DNA of 64,000 nucleotides, from positions 34,334-98,333 of the forward strand of contig JBNMIH010000003.1 of NCBI GenBank assembly GCA_050873165.1, given 5' to 3'. The notes below the pieces were generated by a model, which was not told the DNA's origin, made no database searches, and worked only from the letters and a program-made list of their open reading frames with translations. A program made the translations under genes and the position numbers. Shown here one piece after another: positions 1-9,064 of the stretch. Each line of letters starts with the position of its first letter. The stretch's first letter is position 1. The stretch comes from Faecousia sp. (GTDB lineage: Bacteria > Bacillota > Clostridia > Oscillospirales > Oscillospiraceae).

Positions 1-588
1 GAAGCCTTTATCCACTGCTGCCAGGACAATGGAATCATCCCGCTCATCACATTCATTCCCTATTGCTACGAGGGGTCTCAGGAGCGGCAGAGCTATGGCA
101 GCGAGGCTCTGGAGCTGGCGAAAAGCCTGGGAGCGGAAACCCTGGACCTGAGAAATGTGGAGGGCATGGACCCGGCAGGCAGCTGGTCTGATGCCGGCGG
201 CCACCTGAACGCCACGGGAGCCCGGAAAGCAACCAATATCCTGGGCCAGTGGCTCCGGGAGAATACAGACCTGCCGGATGGCTTTCAGGATGCCCTCTGG
301 GACGAGGACTATGCTTATTACCGGGATAAATGGCGCTACCGCATAGAGAACTACACAGAACCGGAACAGATCCTGAATATTGCTTCCCTGCTGGGAGCCC
401 AGGTAACGGCGGAAATTCCGGAAGGGGAGGCCCCCTTTCCGGAAAGCCGCCTGAAAGCCCTGGGTGCCCAGGTGGAGACGGGGCTGGAGGAAGGACTGGC
501 CCTGCGATTCACAGTGAGAGACGACCAAGGGCAGGTGCTGGCAACGAGGAGCTACCGGCAGACGGAGGGGCTGAGCCTTGTTGAATAA
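1..588 (+). CDS. 5'-truncated SGNH/GDSL-like hydrolase (DltD/AlgJ-like C-terminus)
   Basis: Frame 1 is open from base 1 (EAFIHCCQDNGIIPLITFIP...) and contains DAGGHLNATGA, a DxxHLNxxGA block V-like motif. Confidence 0.55.
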   Translation, partial: EAFIHCCQDNGIIPLITFIPYCYEGSQERQSYGSEALELAKSLGAETLDLRNVEGMDPAGSWSDAGGHLNATGARKATNILGQWLRENTDLPDGFQDALWDEDYAYYRDKWRYRIENYTEPEQILNIASLLGAQVTAEIPEGEAPFPESRLKALGAQVETGLEEGLALRFTVRDDQGQVLATRSYRQTEGLSLVE

Positions 589-594
589 ACAAAC

Positions 595-637
595 CGGCGG
601 CGGAGCCCCATGGATCGGGACACTGCCGCCGAGTTTT
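595..637 (+). terminator. Probable intrinsic terminator
   Basis: CGGCGGC...GCCGCCG stem followed by a T-run just after the stop at 588. Confidence 0.5.
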
Positions 638-740
638 ATCATTTCAAAAATTTTTCCTGCTGCTGCAACATTCCTGGCGGCCCATCTGTATACAGGATAG
701 AACGGCAAAGATGCCGGGAAAAGAAAGGAATGTATTCATT

Positions 741-1277
741 ATGAAAAAATTTTTTGTATGTATGTTGAGCTTTGTTTTGGCATTGTCTATGGCTGCTTGC
801 GGCGGGAAGACGGATACGGGTGCAACCGTCACCGTGGGCACAGAACCCCATGATGACAGTATGATCCGGGAAGATGTCCAGATCCCCAACCCCTGGCAGG
901 AGTGCTCCAGCCTGGAAGAGGCCGGAAGGCTGGCCGGATTCTCTTTCATCGCCCCGGAAGAGGTGGAGGGCTTCACCGAGAGATACATTGCGGCCATTGA
1001 AAACGAGACTGCTCAAGTGATTTTCAGTAATGGAGATGATAGCGACGCTGCCCTGTATTTCCGTAAGGGTGTGGGTGCCGAGGATATCAGCGGCGACTAC
1101 AACACTTATGAAACCGTGGGGGAGCAGACCATCGGCGGGAAAACCGTGACCTGCAAAGGAAATGATGGCCTCACCTACACTCCCATCTGGAACGACGGTA
1201 CTTATTCCTATGCCGTGATGTCCGATGCCGGCATGAACGCGGAACAGCTGGAGACCTGGGTGCAGAGCTTGGCCTGA
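741..1277 (+). CDS. Lipoprotein with DUF4367-like extracytoplasmic domain
   Basis: MKK plus hydrophobic signal and lipobox MAAC; C-terminus (RKGxGxEDxSGDYN...W.DG.Y.Y) matches that of 1922..2521. Confidence 0.75.
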   Translation: MKKFFVCMLSFVLALSMAACGGKTDTGATVTVGTEPHDDSMIREDVQIPNPWQECSSLEEAGRLAGFSFIAPEEVEGFTERYIAAIENETAQVIFSNGDDSDAALYFRKGVGAEDISGDYNTYETVGEQTIGGKTVTCKGNDGLTYTPIWNDGTYSYAVMSDAGMNAEQLETWVQSLA

Positions 1278-1282
1278 CGGAC

Positions 1283-1310
1283 TTGCAAAAGGAGCAGAAA
1301 CGGGTATAAT
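1283..1310 (+). promoter_or_regulatory. Candidate sigmaA promoter for the ECF operon
   Basis: TTGCAA-N16-TATAAT. Confidence 0.5.
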
Positions 1311-1344
1311 GGGATTGGACTTTTGAAGAAAGGGATCAATTGGA

Positions 1345-1932
1345 ATGGATGGAATTGCGCTTCCCTTGCCGCTGGGGTGGCGGCTCTGGCAGATGCTTTG
1401 TGCCTTTGCGGTCAGTCTGCTTCCCAAAAAGGAAGTACAGACGGATGCAGACCGGGCGGGCCAAATGGCGGCGGAGGCGTTGGATACCTACGGCAACGCC
1501 ATTCTGCGCTGCGCCTACAGCTATCTGCACAATATGGCCGATGCTGAGGAGATTTTGCAGGACACCCTTTTGAAGCTCCTGACTGCCGCTCCCAGCTTTG
1601 ACAGCGAGGAACATAAAAAGGCTTGGCTCCTTCGGGTTGCGGCAAACCTGAGCAAAAACCGCATCGAATACAATGCCCTGCGGATATCCGATGAACTCAG
1701 CGAGGACCTGGCGGAAGAGAGGCGGGAGGATCTGTCCTTTGTGTGGGATGCAGTGAAAGCTCTGCCGGTGCAATTCCGGGAGGTGATCCACCTGCACTAT
1801 TATGAAGGGTACTCCACAGAGGAAATTGCAAAAATCCTGGGGCGGAACCCCTCCACCGTCCGCTCGGACCTGCGCCGGGGCCGGGAGAAACTGAAAAGTA
1901 TCCTAAAGGAGGCCTACGACTTTGAAGTATGA
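1345..1932 (+). CDS. ECF (group 4) RNA polymerase sigma factor
   Basis: Region 2 DAEEILQDTLL...KAWLLRVAAN; region 4 REVIHLHYYEGYSTEEIAKILG...VRSDLRRGREKL. Confidence 0.92.
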   Translation: MDGIALPLPLGWRLWQMLCAFAVSLLPKKEVQTDADRAGQMAAEALDTYGNAILRCAYSYLHNMADAEEILQDTLLKLLTAAPSFDSEEHKKAWLLRVAANLSKNRIEYNALRISDELSEDLAEERREDLSFVWDAVKALPVQFREVIHLHYYEGYSTEEIAKILGRNPSTVRSDLRRGREKLKSILKEAYDFEV

Positions 1933-2521
1933 GGAAATCATGGACAGGATCGAAGTGACTCCCGAAATGCGCCGGCGGGTCCTGAGTAACGTAGAAGCCG
2001 CCCGGGCCAGGAAAAAGCGCCAGACAATGCGTCAGCTCTTCACCCTGGCCGCATGTATTGCTGTTGTGGTGTGCTGCTGGTTTGCCTGGAAGCCCAGGCA
2101 GGCCCAGGAACCGGAACAGGGAATGATGGGGATTGCCCAGATTGAGGAAGTGAAGAGCATTCTAGCCCTCAGCGAGAAAACAGGGGTCCCATTGGAAGAC
2201 CTGACGGGCATCCCATTTGCGGTGGAGCAAACCGAATATGTGTCCTATTGGAGCGAACTGGCTGAAATTCAGTATTTCGGAGAGACCAACAGCCTATGCT
2301 ACCGGAAATCTCAGGGGACGGAAGACAATTCCGGGGATTACAACGAGTATGCCCAGGCAGAAACGGTAGACATTGCCGGAAACACAGTAACACTGAAGGG
2401 AGACAAGGACCTCTATAGCCTGGCCCAGTGGACGGATGGGAGCTACGCCTATTCCATCTCCGTAACCGAGCCGATTTCACAGGAGGTTTTCACGGCGCTG
2501 ATTAAAGAGAACTTTTCATAG
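1922..2521 (+). CDS. Putative anti-sigma factor (single TM plus DUF4367-like domain)
   Basis: Overlaps the ECF stop, TTG start after GGAGG; short cytoplasmic N-terminus, TM LAACIAVVVCCWFAW, extracytoplasmic C-terminus. Confidence 0.8.
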   Translation: MKYEEIMDRIEVTPEMRRRVLSNVEAARARKKRQTMRQLFTLAACIAVVVCCWFAWKPRQAQEPEQGMMGIAQIEEVKSILALSEKTGVPLEDLTGIPFAVEQTEYVSYWSELAEIQYFGETNSLCYRKSQGTEDNSGDYNEYAQAETVDIAGNTVTLKGDKDLYSLAQWTDGSYAYSISVTEPISQEVFTALIKENFS

Positions 2522-2535
2522 GAAAGAGGGATACC

Positions 2536-3216
2536 ATGATCGACCAGCTCCGACGCAACTTTGCCCCGTTCCATAAGGAGGACATCAAAATAACCGCCAT
2601 GGTCGCAGCCTTAGTGATCCTTTCCATGGGCTGGGCGGGGAGTCTGGAGCTGTGGCTGGGCCTTTCGGCGGTCCTGGCGCTGCTTCCAGCCACCGTCTGT
2701 CAGATCGGCCAGGAAAACGGGACGGCTTCGATCCTGACCCCGGGAGAGCGGACTTCCGGAAACTTTGTGTTCATCCACATGGGGATCCTATTTGCGCTTG
2801 CAACTTCCGGGAGCAGCCTTTGGCTCTACACCGGGCCCCAGGGGAAGCTCAATAGGGAGAGCCTGCTTTTTCTGGAAGGGATCCTGCTGTGTATGTGCCT
2901 GCTTGGCAGTGGAATATGCTATCCGCTTCGGCTTCTGGTTGACGAACGAAAGATATTGGGACCCCTTCTTTCGGCGGTGTGGCTGGTGCCGTATCTGGTG
3001 CTGCGCCGGCAAAAGGTACTGGTGCCAAAACGGCGGCATACGCCCAAAGGAGGCACCACACGGTTGGTCCAGGAGACCTTGGAAAAGGTCGCCGTCGATC
3101 AATGGGAATTATTATTGCTGGTATGTATCCTGTCCGCGGTGGTGTTCTTCCTGTGCTGGGCCGTTTCGGTTTGGCTCACAGCCAGGCAGGATGAACGGGC
3201 GCGGTGGAATGGATAG
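2536..3216 (+). CDS. Multi-pass membrane protein of unknown function
   Basis: About six hydrophobic segments; follows the anti-sigma gene by 14 bp. Confidence 0.65.
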   Translation: MIDQLRRNFAPFHKEDIKITAMVAALVILSMGWAGSLELWLGLSAVLALLPATVCQIGQENGTASILTPGERTSGNFVFIHMGILFALATSGSSLWLYTGPQGKLNRESLLFLEGILLCMCLLGSGICYPLRLLVDERKILGPLLSAVWLVPYLVLRRQKVLVPKRRHTPKGGTTRLVQETLEKVAVDQWELLLLVCILSAVVFFLCWAVSVWLTARQDERARWNG

Positions 3217-3221
3217 GGGAC

Positions 3222-3259
3222 AAAGGCACCGCCTCACGGGATAGTGGGGCGGTGCCTTT
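3222..3259. terminator. Bidirectional terminator
   Basis: AAAGGCACCGCCTCAC...GTGGGGCGGTGCCTTT between convergent genes. Confidence 0.7.
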
Positions 3260-3270
3260 ACTGGGTGCTC

Positions 3271-3645
3271 CTATTCTTCCCCGTCTGCCTCTTTTGCGAA
3301 TTGTTCCGCAAAAGAGGCAGCGTCTGTTTCTGTGGTCACCCAGCCGTATTTCTTCAAATCCACCCGCCAGCACTGGCCGGTCCAGAGGCTGGGAACGCCC
3401 TCATCGGCTAAAAGCGTTTGCTGCAAATCAGAGGTCAGGAAATGTCTAGCTCCGCTGAGTTCGCCTTTGCCGTTGACGACCCGAAAGGCGGGGATATTGG
3501 GCCCCGCCAGCCCTTCCCGGAGGCCGTAGCCTACCTGCCGGGAATTTTTGGGTTTGCCGCAGAGCATAGCGATTTGCCCGTAGGTGGCAACCTTCCCGGC
3601 GGGGATGGAGAAACATACAATGCGCATTTTTTCGTAGAAGGTCAT
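3271..3645 (-). CDS. Alkyltransferase-like (ATL/MGMT family) DNA-binding protein
   Basis: IPAGKVATYGQIA...RQVG...IPAFRVVN; the catalytic PCHR motif is replaced by PAFR. Confidence 0.85.
   Translation of the reverse strand: MTFYEKMRIVCFSIPAGKVATYGQIAMLCGKPKNSRQVGYGLREGLAGPNIPAFRVVNGKGELSGARHFLTSDLQQTLLADEGVPSLWTGQCWRVDLKKYGWVTTETDAASFAEQFAKEADGEE
3285..3320. repeat. Palindromic repeat copy 1 (inside the 3' end of the ATL gene)
   Basis: CTGCCTCTTTTGCG-N8-CGCAAAAGAGGCAG, nearly identical to 4222..4259. Confidence 0.8.
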
Positions 3646-3788
3646 AGGGGCTCTCCCAGAAGTTTTTTCTCATTATACACGATGACAGGAAAATACGAAA
3701 GAGGGAAAACACAATTATGATTGACAAACAACCGCTTAGAGGCCATAATATAAGAAAAAGATACCAAAAGAACAGGAGCGTAGAAACC

Positions 3789-4193
3789 ATGCTGTTTGTC
3801 TGTTATCCCAAGTGTACCACCTGCCAGAAGGCAAGAAAATGGCTGGATGAAAACGGAATCCCTTATAAGCTCCGGGATATCAAACTGGAGAATCCCACGG
3901 CAGAGGAGCTGGCCCAGTGGTACAAACGCAGCGGCTTGCCCCTTAAAAAGTTTTTCAACACCAGCGGCCTGCTCTACAAGTCTATGGAACTCAAGGACAA
4001 GCTGCCCGGAATGAGCGAGGAGGAGATGCTGAACCTGTTGGCAACGGACGGCATGCTGGTCAAGCGGCCCCTGCTGGTTGGGAATGATTTTGTCCTTGTG
4101 GGCTTCAAAGAGGCCGCATGGGCGGAGCGGGTGAAAAGTGGGCACAGTACAGTGAAAACGGATTTTACCGCGGATGACAATGGTATAAAATAG
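3789..4193 (+). CDS. ArsC/Spx/MgsR family protein
   Basis: CTTCQKARKWL, FFNTSG, LVKRP; AGGAG RBS upstream. Confidence 0.9.
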   Translation: MLFVCYPKCTTCQKARKWLDENGIPYKLRDIKLENPTAEELAQWYKRSGLPLKKFFNTSGLLYKSMELKDKLPGMSEEEMLNLLATDGMLVKRPLLVGNDFVLVGFKEAAWAERVKSGHSTVKTDFTADDNGIK

Positions 4194-4221
4194 GAAAAAT
4201 TCTTGCCCTTATACGTTACCG

Positions 4222-4259
4222 GCTGCCTCTTTTGCGAATTGTTTCGCAAAAGAGGCAGC
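4222..4259. repeat. Palindromic repeat copy 2 / probable terminator
   Basis: Perfect 17-bp stem GCTGCCTCTTTTGCGAA/TTCGCAAAAGAGGCAGC. Confidence 0.8.
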
Positions 4260-4280
4260 ACCGTTTATCGGACTTATGTC

Positions 4281-4331
4281 TTGACAGAAAGCCTCTTTTT
4301 CGTTACAATATTAACTAACTAATATTAGTTA
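4281..4331 (+). promoter_or_regulatory. sigmaA promoter with downstream palindromic operator
   Basis: TTGACA-N17-TACAAT, then a perfect palindrome TAACTAATATTAGTTA at 4316..4331. Confidence 0.75.
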
Positions 4332-4352
4332 ATAAAAGAAAGGAAAAACAAT

Positions 4353-5006
4353 ATGAAAAAACAAAGCAAGAAACAACTGTACATGGCCCTGGCTTTTTTG
4401 GCCATATTCCTTCTTTGGACGTTTCTGCTCCGGATGGTAGACGTGGAGCCAATCGGGCCGGAGGGGACCAAAGTGGGCTTTGCCGCTCTGAACGGCGCGG
4501 TCCATGATTTGACAGGCGTTCACTGGATGCTGTACATCGTTACGGATTGGATGGGGCTCATACCGGTGGGGATCTGCTTCGGCTTTGCGATCCTGGGATT
4601 GAGGCAGCTGATTGTCCGAAAAAGTCTTTTCCGGGTGGACCGTGATATCCTTGCGCTGGGAGGATTCTACATTCTGGTATTCGCAGCCTATTTGCTTTTT
4701 GAAGAGGTTGCGTTGAATTACCGGCCGGTGCTGGTGGAGGGCAGGCTGGAGGCCTCTTATCCCTCGTCCACTACCATACTGGCCCTGTGCGTCCTCCCTA
4801 CGGCGCAGTGGCAGCTGCGCCGCCGCATCCGGAGTGTGTCCCTGAGAAAGGCTGTTGAGGTGCTTCTGATTGGTCTGACAGCGTTCCTGGTCGTCGGCAG
4901 ACTTCTTTCCGGGGTACACTGGTTCACGGATATTGTGGGGGCTGTTCTGCTGAGTGCCGGACTGGATGCGCTGTATATGTGGGCAGCGACGGATAGGAGT
5001 TTTTGA
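4353..5006 (+). CDS. PAP2 family phosphatase
   Basis: YRP, SYPSSTT and GRLLSGVHWFTDIVG motifs; multiple TM segments. Confidence 0.85.
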   Translation: MKKQSKKQLYMALAFLAIFLLWTFLLRMVDVEPIGPEGTKVGFAALNGAVHDLTGVHWMLYIVTDWMGLIPVGICFGFAILGLRQLIVRKSLFRVDRDILALGGFYILVFAAYLLFEEVALNYRPVLVEGRLEASYPSSTTILALCVLPTAQWQLRRRIRSVSLRKAVEVLLIGLTAFLVVGRLLSGVHWFTDIVGAVLLSAGLDALYMWAATDRSF

Positions 5007-5052
5007 AGCCACTCAAAGAACCTGCGATCGTCAATAGTTGAGGCAACGTTAA

Positions 5053-5089
5053 GAACGCACCGCCCCGGGAAAAATGGGGCGGTGCGTTT
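5053..5089. terminator. Bidirectional terminator
   Basis: AACGCACCGCCCC...GGGGCGGTGCGTT. Confidence 0.7.
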
Positions 5090-5093
5090 GGTG

Positions 5094-6434
5094 TCACCGG
5101 CTCCTCAAGCTCTCCGCGGCGGCCTGGACCTTTCCGCCGGACAGGGCATTTACGGCAAGGCTCAGTGCCAGCATTCCTACCGCAACGCAGACCCAGCCGA
5201 AGCCCAGCCGGTACAGCGGCAGCTTGTGCAAAAGCTTCCCCAGGGCGCCCAGGGGAAGGCCTGCATCCCCAAGAGCAAAGGCAATGCTCACCGCGGCAGT
5301 GCCTGCTACCGTCATGGGGTAGGCGAATCGGTTTTCCTTCCACAGGTCGTGGCTCAGGCCCAGCAGGATCAGTACGATGGACACGGGGTAGATGGCATTG
5401 AGAATGGGGATGGAGATGCTCAAAATCATGCTCAGGCCCAGGTTGCACACCAGGAAGGAGAAAAAGGTGATGATATAAACCCAGGCGCGGTAGGAAACCT
5501 TCCGGAAGAGGGTAGAGAAGTACTGAGAAATGGAGTTGATGAGGCCGACGCAGGTGGTCAGGCAGGCAAGGGTGAAGATGGCTGCCAGCAGCACCGCCCC
5601 GGTGCTGCCGAAGACCTGATAGACGATGCACCGCAGGGTCCAGGCACCGTTTTCCTGAATTGCGTAAACACCGGAGCTGCACATACCCATATAGGACAGC
5701 ATGGCATACACCAGAGCCAGAATGGTGCCGGCCAGCACACCGGCCAGGACCGTATAGCGCATCTTGTCCCGTTTCTCCTTCAGGCCGAAGGTACCCAAGG
5801 TGGTGGAAATCACCAGTCCGAAGTTCAGAGCGGCAATGGTATCCATGGTGTTGTAACCCTCCGTGAAGCCTTTGAGCAGGGCAGCCTCCTGATAGCCGCC
5901 CTGGGCGGGAGCCACTTTGTTTTCGCCTTGGAAGAGGAAGCAGACGAATAGCAGCGCCAGCAGGGCCAGAAGTGCCGGGGTGAGCCCGCGACCGATCCTG
6001 TCTACCAATTTTCCGGGGTTCAGGCACAGCCACAGGGCAATCAAAAAGAACACCAGGGAATATACCGCCATCCACAGGACCGGATTGCTCCCCTGGGGCA
6101 GGTAAGGGGCGACAGCCATCTCAAAGGGGACGGAGGCCGCCCTGGGGATGCCCAGTCCGGGACCGATAGAGAGGTAGATGAGCACAGCAAATACCAGGGC
6201 AAAATGGGGACCTACTTGTCGGCCCAGTTTCTCCAGGCCGTCGAACCGGGCGACAACCACCACACCAAGCACCGGTAAAATCACCGCCGTTGCCAGAAAG
6301 CCCAACATGGCCGGGAGGGTTTGGGCACCGGCGTTCTGTCCCAAAAACGGAGGGAAAATCAGGTTGCCCGCTCCAAAAAACAGGGCAAACAACATGACGC
6401 TGACCACCAACAGACTCTTTTTACTCAGTTTCAT
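5094..6434 (-). CDS. brnQ: Branched-chain amino acid:cation symporter
   Basis: MLFALFFGAGNLIFPP, GYNTMDTIAAL and TLACLTTCVGL signatures. Confidence 0.95.
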   Translation of the reverse strand: MKLSKKSLLVVSVMLFALFFGAGNLIFPPFLGQNAGAQTLPAMLGFLATAVILPVLGVVVVARFDGLEKLGRQVGPHFALVFAVLIYLSIGPGLGIPRAASVPFEMAVAPYLPQGSNPVLWMAVYSLVFFLIALWLCLNPGKLVDRIGRGLTPALLALLALLFVCFLFQGENKVAPAQGGYQEAALLKGFTEGYNTMDTIAALNFGLVISTTLGTFGLKEKRDKMRYTVLAGVLAGTILALVYAMLSYMGMCSSGVYAIQENGAWTLRCIVYQVFGSTGAVLLAAIFTLACLTTCVGLINSISQYFSTLFRKVSYRAWVYIITFFSFLVCNLGLSMILSISIPILNAIYPVSIVLILLGLSHDLWKENRFAYPMTVAGTAAVSIAFALGDAGLPLGALGKLLHKLPLYRLGFGWVCVAVGMLALSLAVNALSGGKVQAAAESLRSR

Positions 6435-6460
6435 TCCAGGTTCCTCTTTTCGTAAAAAAT

Positions 6461-6725
6461 AAAAGACCCGTCTCAAATTTCCTTGAGACGAGTCTTTATA
6501 TACCCGCGGTACCACTCAAATTGTGCGCTTTTTGCGCACCCCTTTCAGGCTCCAACAAGCCCTAGACACTTACGCAGTCCACGCGGGAGACCCTACTGAC
6601 AAAGGCTTTGGGGCACTCCAGCTCGGAAGGGATGGGAACTATGAAGGCCGTCCACCGGGCTTCCACCATCCCCGGCTCTCTATCGTCTGAACCATCAAAT
6701 CCGTCTTCGTCATCGCTTTTCTATT
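6461..6725 (-). promoter_or_regulatory. T-box riboswitch upstream of brnQ
   Basis: Minus strand AATTTGAGTGGTACCGCG T-box; AGAGA and GGTG-type stem I motifs; terminator AAAGACTCGTCTCAA...TTGAGACGGGTCTTT. Specifier possibly AUC (Ile), uncertain. Confidence 0.9.
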
Positions 6726-6736
6726 CACTTGCCCTT

Positions 6737-6765
6737 ATTCTACACGTACAAAATGGATATGTCAA
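6737..6765 (-). promoter_or_regulatory. sigmaA promoter for the T-box leader
   Basis: TTGACA-N17-TAGAAT on the minus strand. Confidence 0.7.
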
Positions 6766-7080
6766 TAGGGGATGGAAAAAATAATAGAAATGTTCGCATG
6801 CTGTGGACAAATGCCTTTGAGGGAGTGGATTGCGACAGGAAAAGGAGAATATTGCCCAGACTGCTGCGTTCAGAACAGGGTAAAAGGGGCTGTCGAACTA
6901 AGAGCCAGCCCCCTTTTTCAACATTCAGACGTCTATGGATTATAGAGGCCAGTGCAGGACTACATAAGGGAGGTGTATTGCATTGGGGTAGAAAAGGTGA
7001 TACAATGAGACTGATCTGAGAGATTTAAAGCATTGGACTAAAATTGGGGAGATACCAAGTCTATCAAAAGGAGAGATTTT

Positions 7081-8715
7081 ATGAAAAAGTGTGCAGTGTT
7101 TCTAATGTGTCTAATCATCATCTTGACAATGGTCTCCTGTGGCAAGAAGCCCGAAATGGAATCCGAAACCGAGCCCACACCTACGGAACGGTATCGGATA
7201 TATCCGATTGACTGGATATTGCCTAAGATTTCTACAAAATATGAAACGCTGGAGGAAGCTGAAAATGCGGTTGGTCTGCGTATGGGCATTCCAGAAATGG
7301 ACGCTTCCCTGACACCGTTGTACTATACTTCAGGCGATATGCTTCGAGTTCATTTTGCCCATTTTTTGGATGGACTTCCCCACGTAGAGGGCTTGGAACA
7401 AATGCAGGAGGTGGACCAGGATGTCCTGCTTATGAAAATTCCGAAGCCAGAAGAGGATACGTCAAATTGGGATATGTATGCGCGTTCTAACATCTTTTCC
7501 GAAGAGAAGGTGGTTTATGTCTATGATTATCCAATGACGATTCAGTATCTGGATGGCGAGATTAAAGATGCATTCTGGAGTACGGGGGATGTTGGCTATC
7601 TGATTGACTTTGATCATACGTTGGCCACATTCGGCAATTTCAGCGTTGAGGATCTAATCAAAATGGCAGAAACTATGTGTGCAGAGGATTATGCGGTTCG
7701 CACAAGTGCATCGGCTCACAAGTCATTCTCCGATCAAACGGTGGAGAACTTGCAGAATAAATGCTATCCGACGCTTGTACAGGCCGAAGAAGCGATTGGG
7801 TTTCAAATCGATTTGCCTGAAATGCCCGATACATATAATCCAGAATACCATACGAACGCAAGATATCGCAGCTATGACGATTTTAAGGGGGAACTTTGTC
7901 CAGAATTGCCTGAATATTGGATAGGTGTCAGATACGCGCAGTATGAGCAAGATAAAGAGGAGTTTCTTCTGCGAAAAGCGAAAAAAACAGTCACCTTTTT
8001 TAAGTCAACCTGGCGTGTACATTGGGAAACCAAAACCGATAGCTCAGACGGATGGGCTGATTTTCTGTATTACGCACCTGAAGAAAATACCATTCTTGTA
8101 CAGAATATTCCAGTCATAATTGGATTTGAGGACGGAAAAATTGTGCAGGCAAGATGGAATACCAGGGACTTTGGATATGCTGTCCTCATAAAGGGCGGCG
8201 AATTCCAGGAGGATGATATTCGCAGTATTGTAACGACTATGAGCGGCGGCGACAGGAAGCCTGTATATTCAGATATGTATGATGAAACGGAAACAGAACC
8301 AAGGTACATGACATGGGTCCGTTATGACACGCTTGAGGACGGAATTTCTGCGACGGGTGTTGACTTTACAATCCCCGAAATGCCGCAGGGGTTTCAAATG
8401 GATTGTGACGCAAATGTTGGCAGACATGGCATCCGTGCATGGGGGTGCCGTATTAAAGAGGATGGTGCCAGCTGTATTGTTGAGGACATTCTAATTCGAA
8501 AGATGTTTGGTACCGAAACATTAGGTACTGACGATTGCACCTACGATACGGAGAAGGTTGTTACCATTGATGGGAATGAAGTTACTATTCGTATGCAGGG
8601 TGAAAATGTGGTTCAGGCGTACTGGTACGATGGAGCGTACAGTTTTTGCCTTGAATTCCGTGAGTTCAAGGCATGGTTTGAAACCGCCGTTGAGATGATT
8701 CAACAGATTCACTGA
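7081..8715 (+). CDS. Lipoprotein with three tandem DUF4367-like repeats
   Basis: Lipobox MVSC; three units each starting Y.TL..(A)...G...PEM and ending W....Y; lower GC than flanks. Confidence 0.75.
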   Translation: MKKCAVFLMCLIIILTMVSCGKKPEMESETEPTPTERYRIYPIDWILPKISTKYETLEEAENAVGLRMGIPEMDASLTPLYYTSGDMLRVHFAHFLDGLPHVEGLEQMQEVDQDVLLMKIPKPEEDTSNWDMYARSNIFSEEKVVYVYDYPMTIQYLDGEIKDAFWSTGDVGYLIDFDHTLATFGNFSVEDLIKMAETMCAEDYAVRTSASAHKSFSDQTVENLQNKCYPTLVQAEEAIGFQIDLPEMPDTYNPEYHTNARYRSYDDFKGELCPELPEYWIGVRYAQYEQDKEEFLLRKAKKTVTFFKSTWRVHWETKTDSSDGWADFLYYAPEENTILVQNIPVIIGFEDGKIVQARWNTRDFGYAVLIKGGEFQEDDIRSIVTTMSGGDRKPVYSDMYDETETEPRYMTWVRYDTLEDGISATGVDFTIPEMPQGFQMDCDANVGRHGIRAWGCRIKEDGASCIVEDILIRKMFGTETLGTDDCTYDTEKVVTIDGNEVTIRMQGENVVQAYWYDGAYSFCLEFREFKAWFETAVEMIQQIH

Positions 8716-8730
8716 CAATGGAAAAATGAT

Positions 8731-8763
8731 AAAACTGGCTGCTCTTTTTGGGCAGCCAGTTTT
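8731..8763. terminator. Intrinsic terminator
   Basis: AAAACTGGCTGC...GCAGCCAGTTTT. Confidence 0.75.
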
Positions 8764-8826
8764 CCTGTCTCAAATGAAAAAGTTTTATTTTTGAAGGGTA
8801 GGCCCAGGGTTTACGGCGTGAAAAAT

Positions 8827-8954
8827 TGACACAAAAGCAGACACATATGACACAAAATCAGGGGTAAGATATGACAAATGTGAAAATGGAAAGATGAATA
8901 AAGTTACAAAAAACACCTAAAACCAAGGAAAAACCTTGAATTTTAGGCGTTTTA
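8827..8954. other. Possible integrative-element attachment-site remnant at the tRNA-Trp 3' end
   Basis: Direct repeats TGACACAAAA/AGACACATA/TGACACAAAA and an imperfect hairpin AAAACACCTAAAA...TTTTAGGCGTTTT abutting the tRNA CCA end. Confidence 0.45.
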
Positions 8955-9030
<76 letters not shown>

Positions 9031-9064
9031 ATACTATGTAAGAAGGAATGGAACCTTTACTTTG

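Noticed and set aside
5094-6515. Upstream-extended starts in the ORF track (brnQ 6515, nth 15347, ackA 28112, rplJ 52601, rplA 58048, PPIase 62995)
   Set aside because: The extensions run through leaders, repeats or ncRNA; downstream starts fit family N-termini and, in most cases, a clear RBS better
6729-7019. 96-aa ORF and a hairpin at about 6882..6918 as a possible IS end
   Set aside because: No RBS or protein motif, and the ORF overlaps the T-box promoter; the hairpin alone cannot establish an IS
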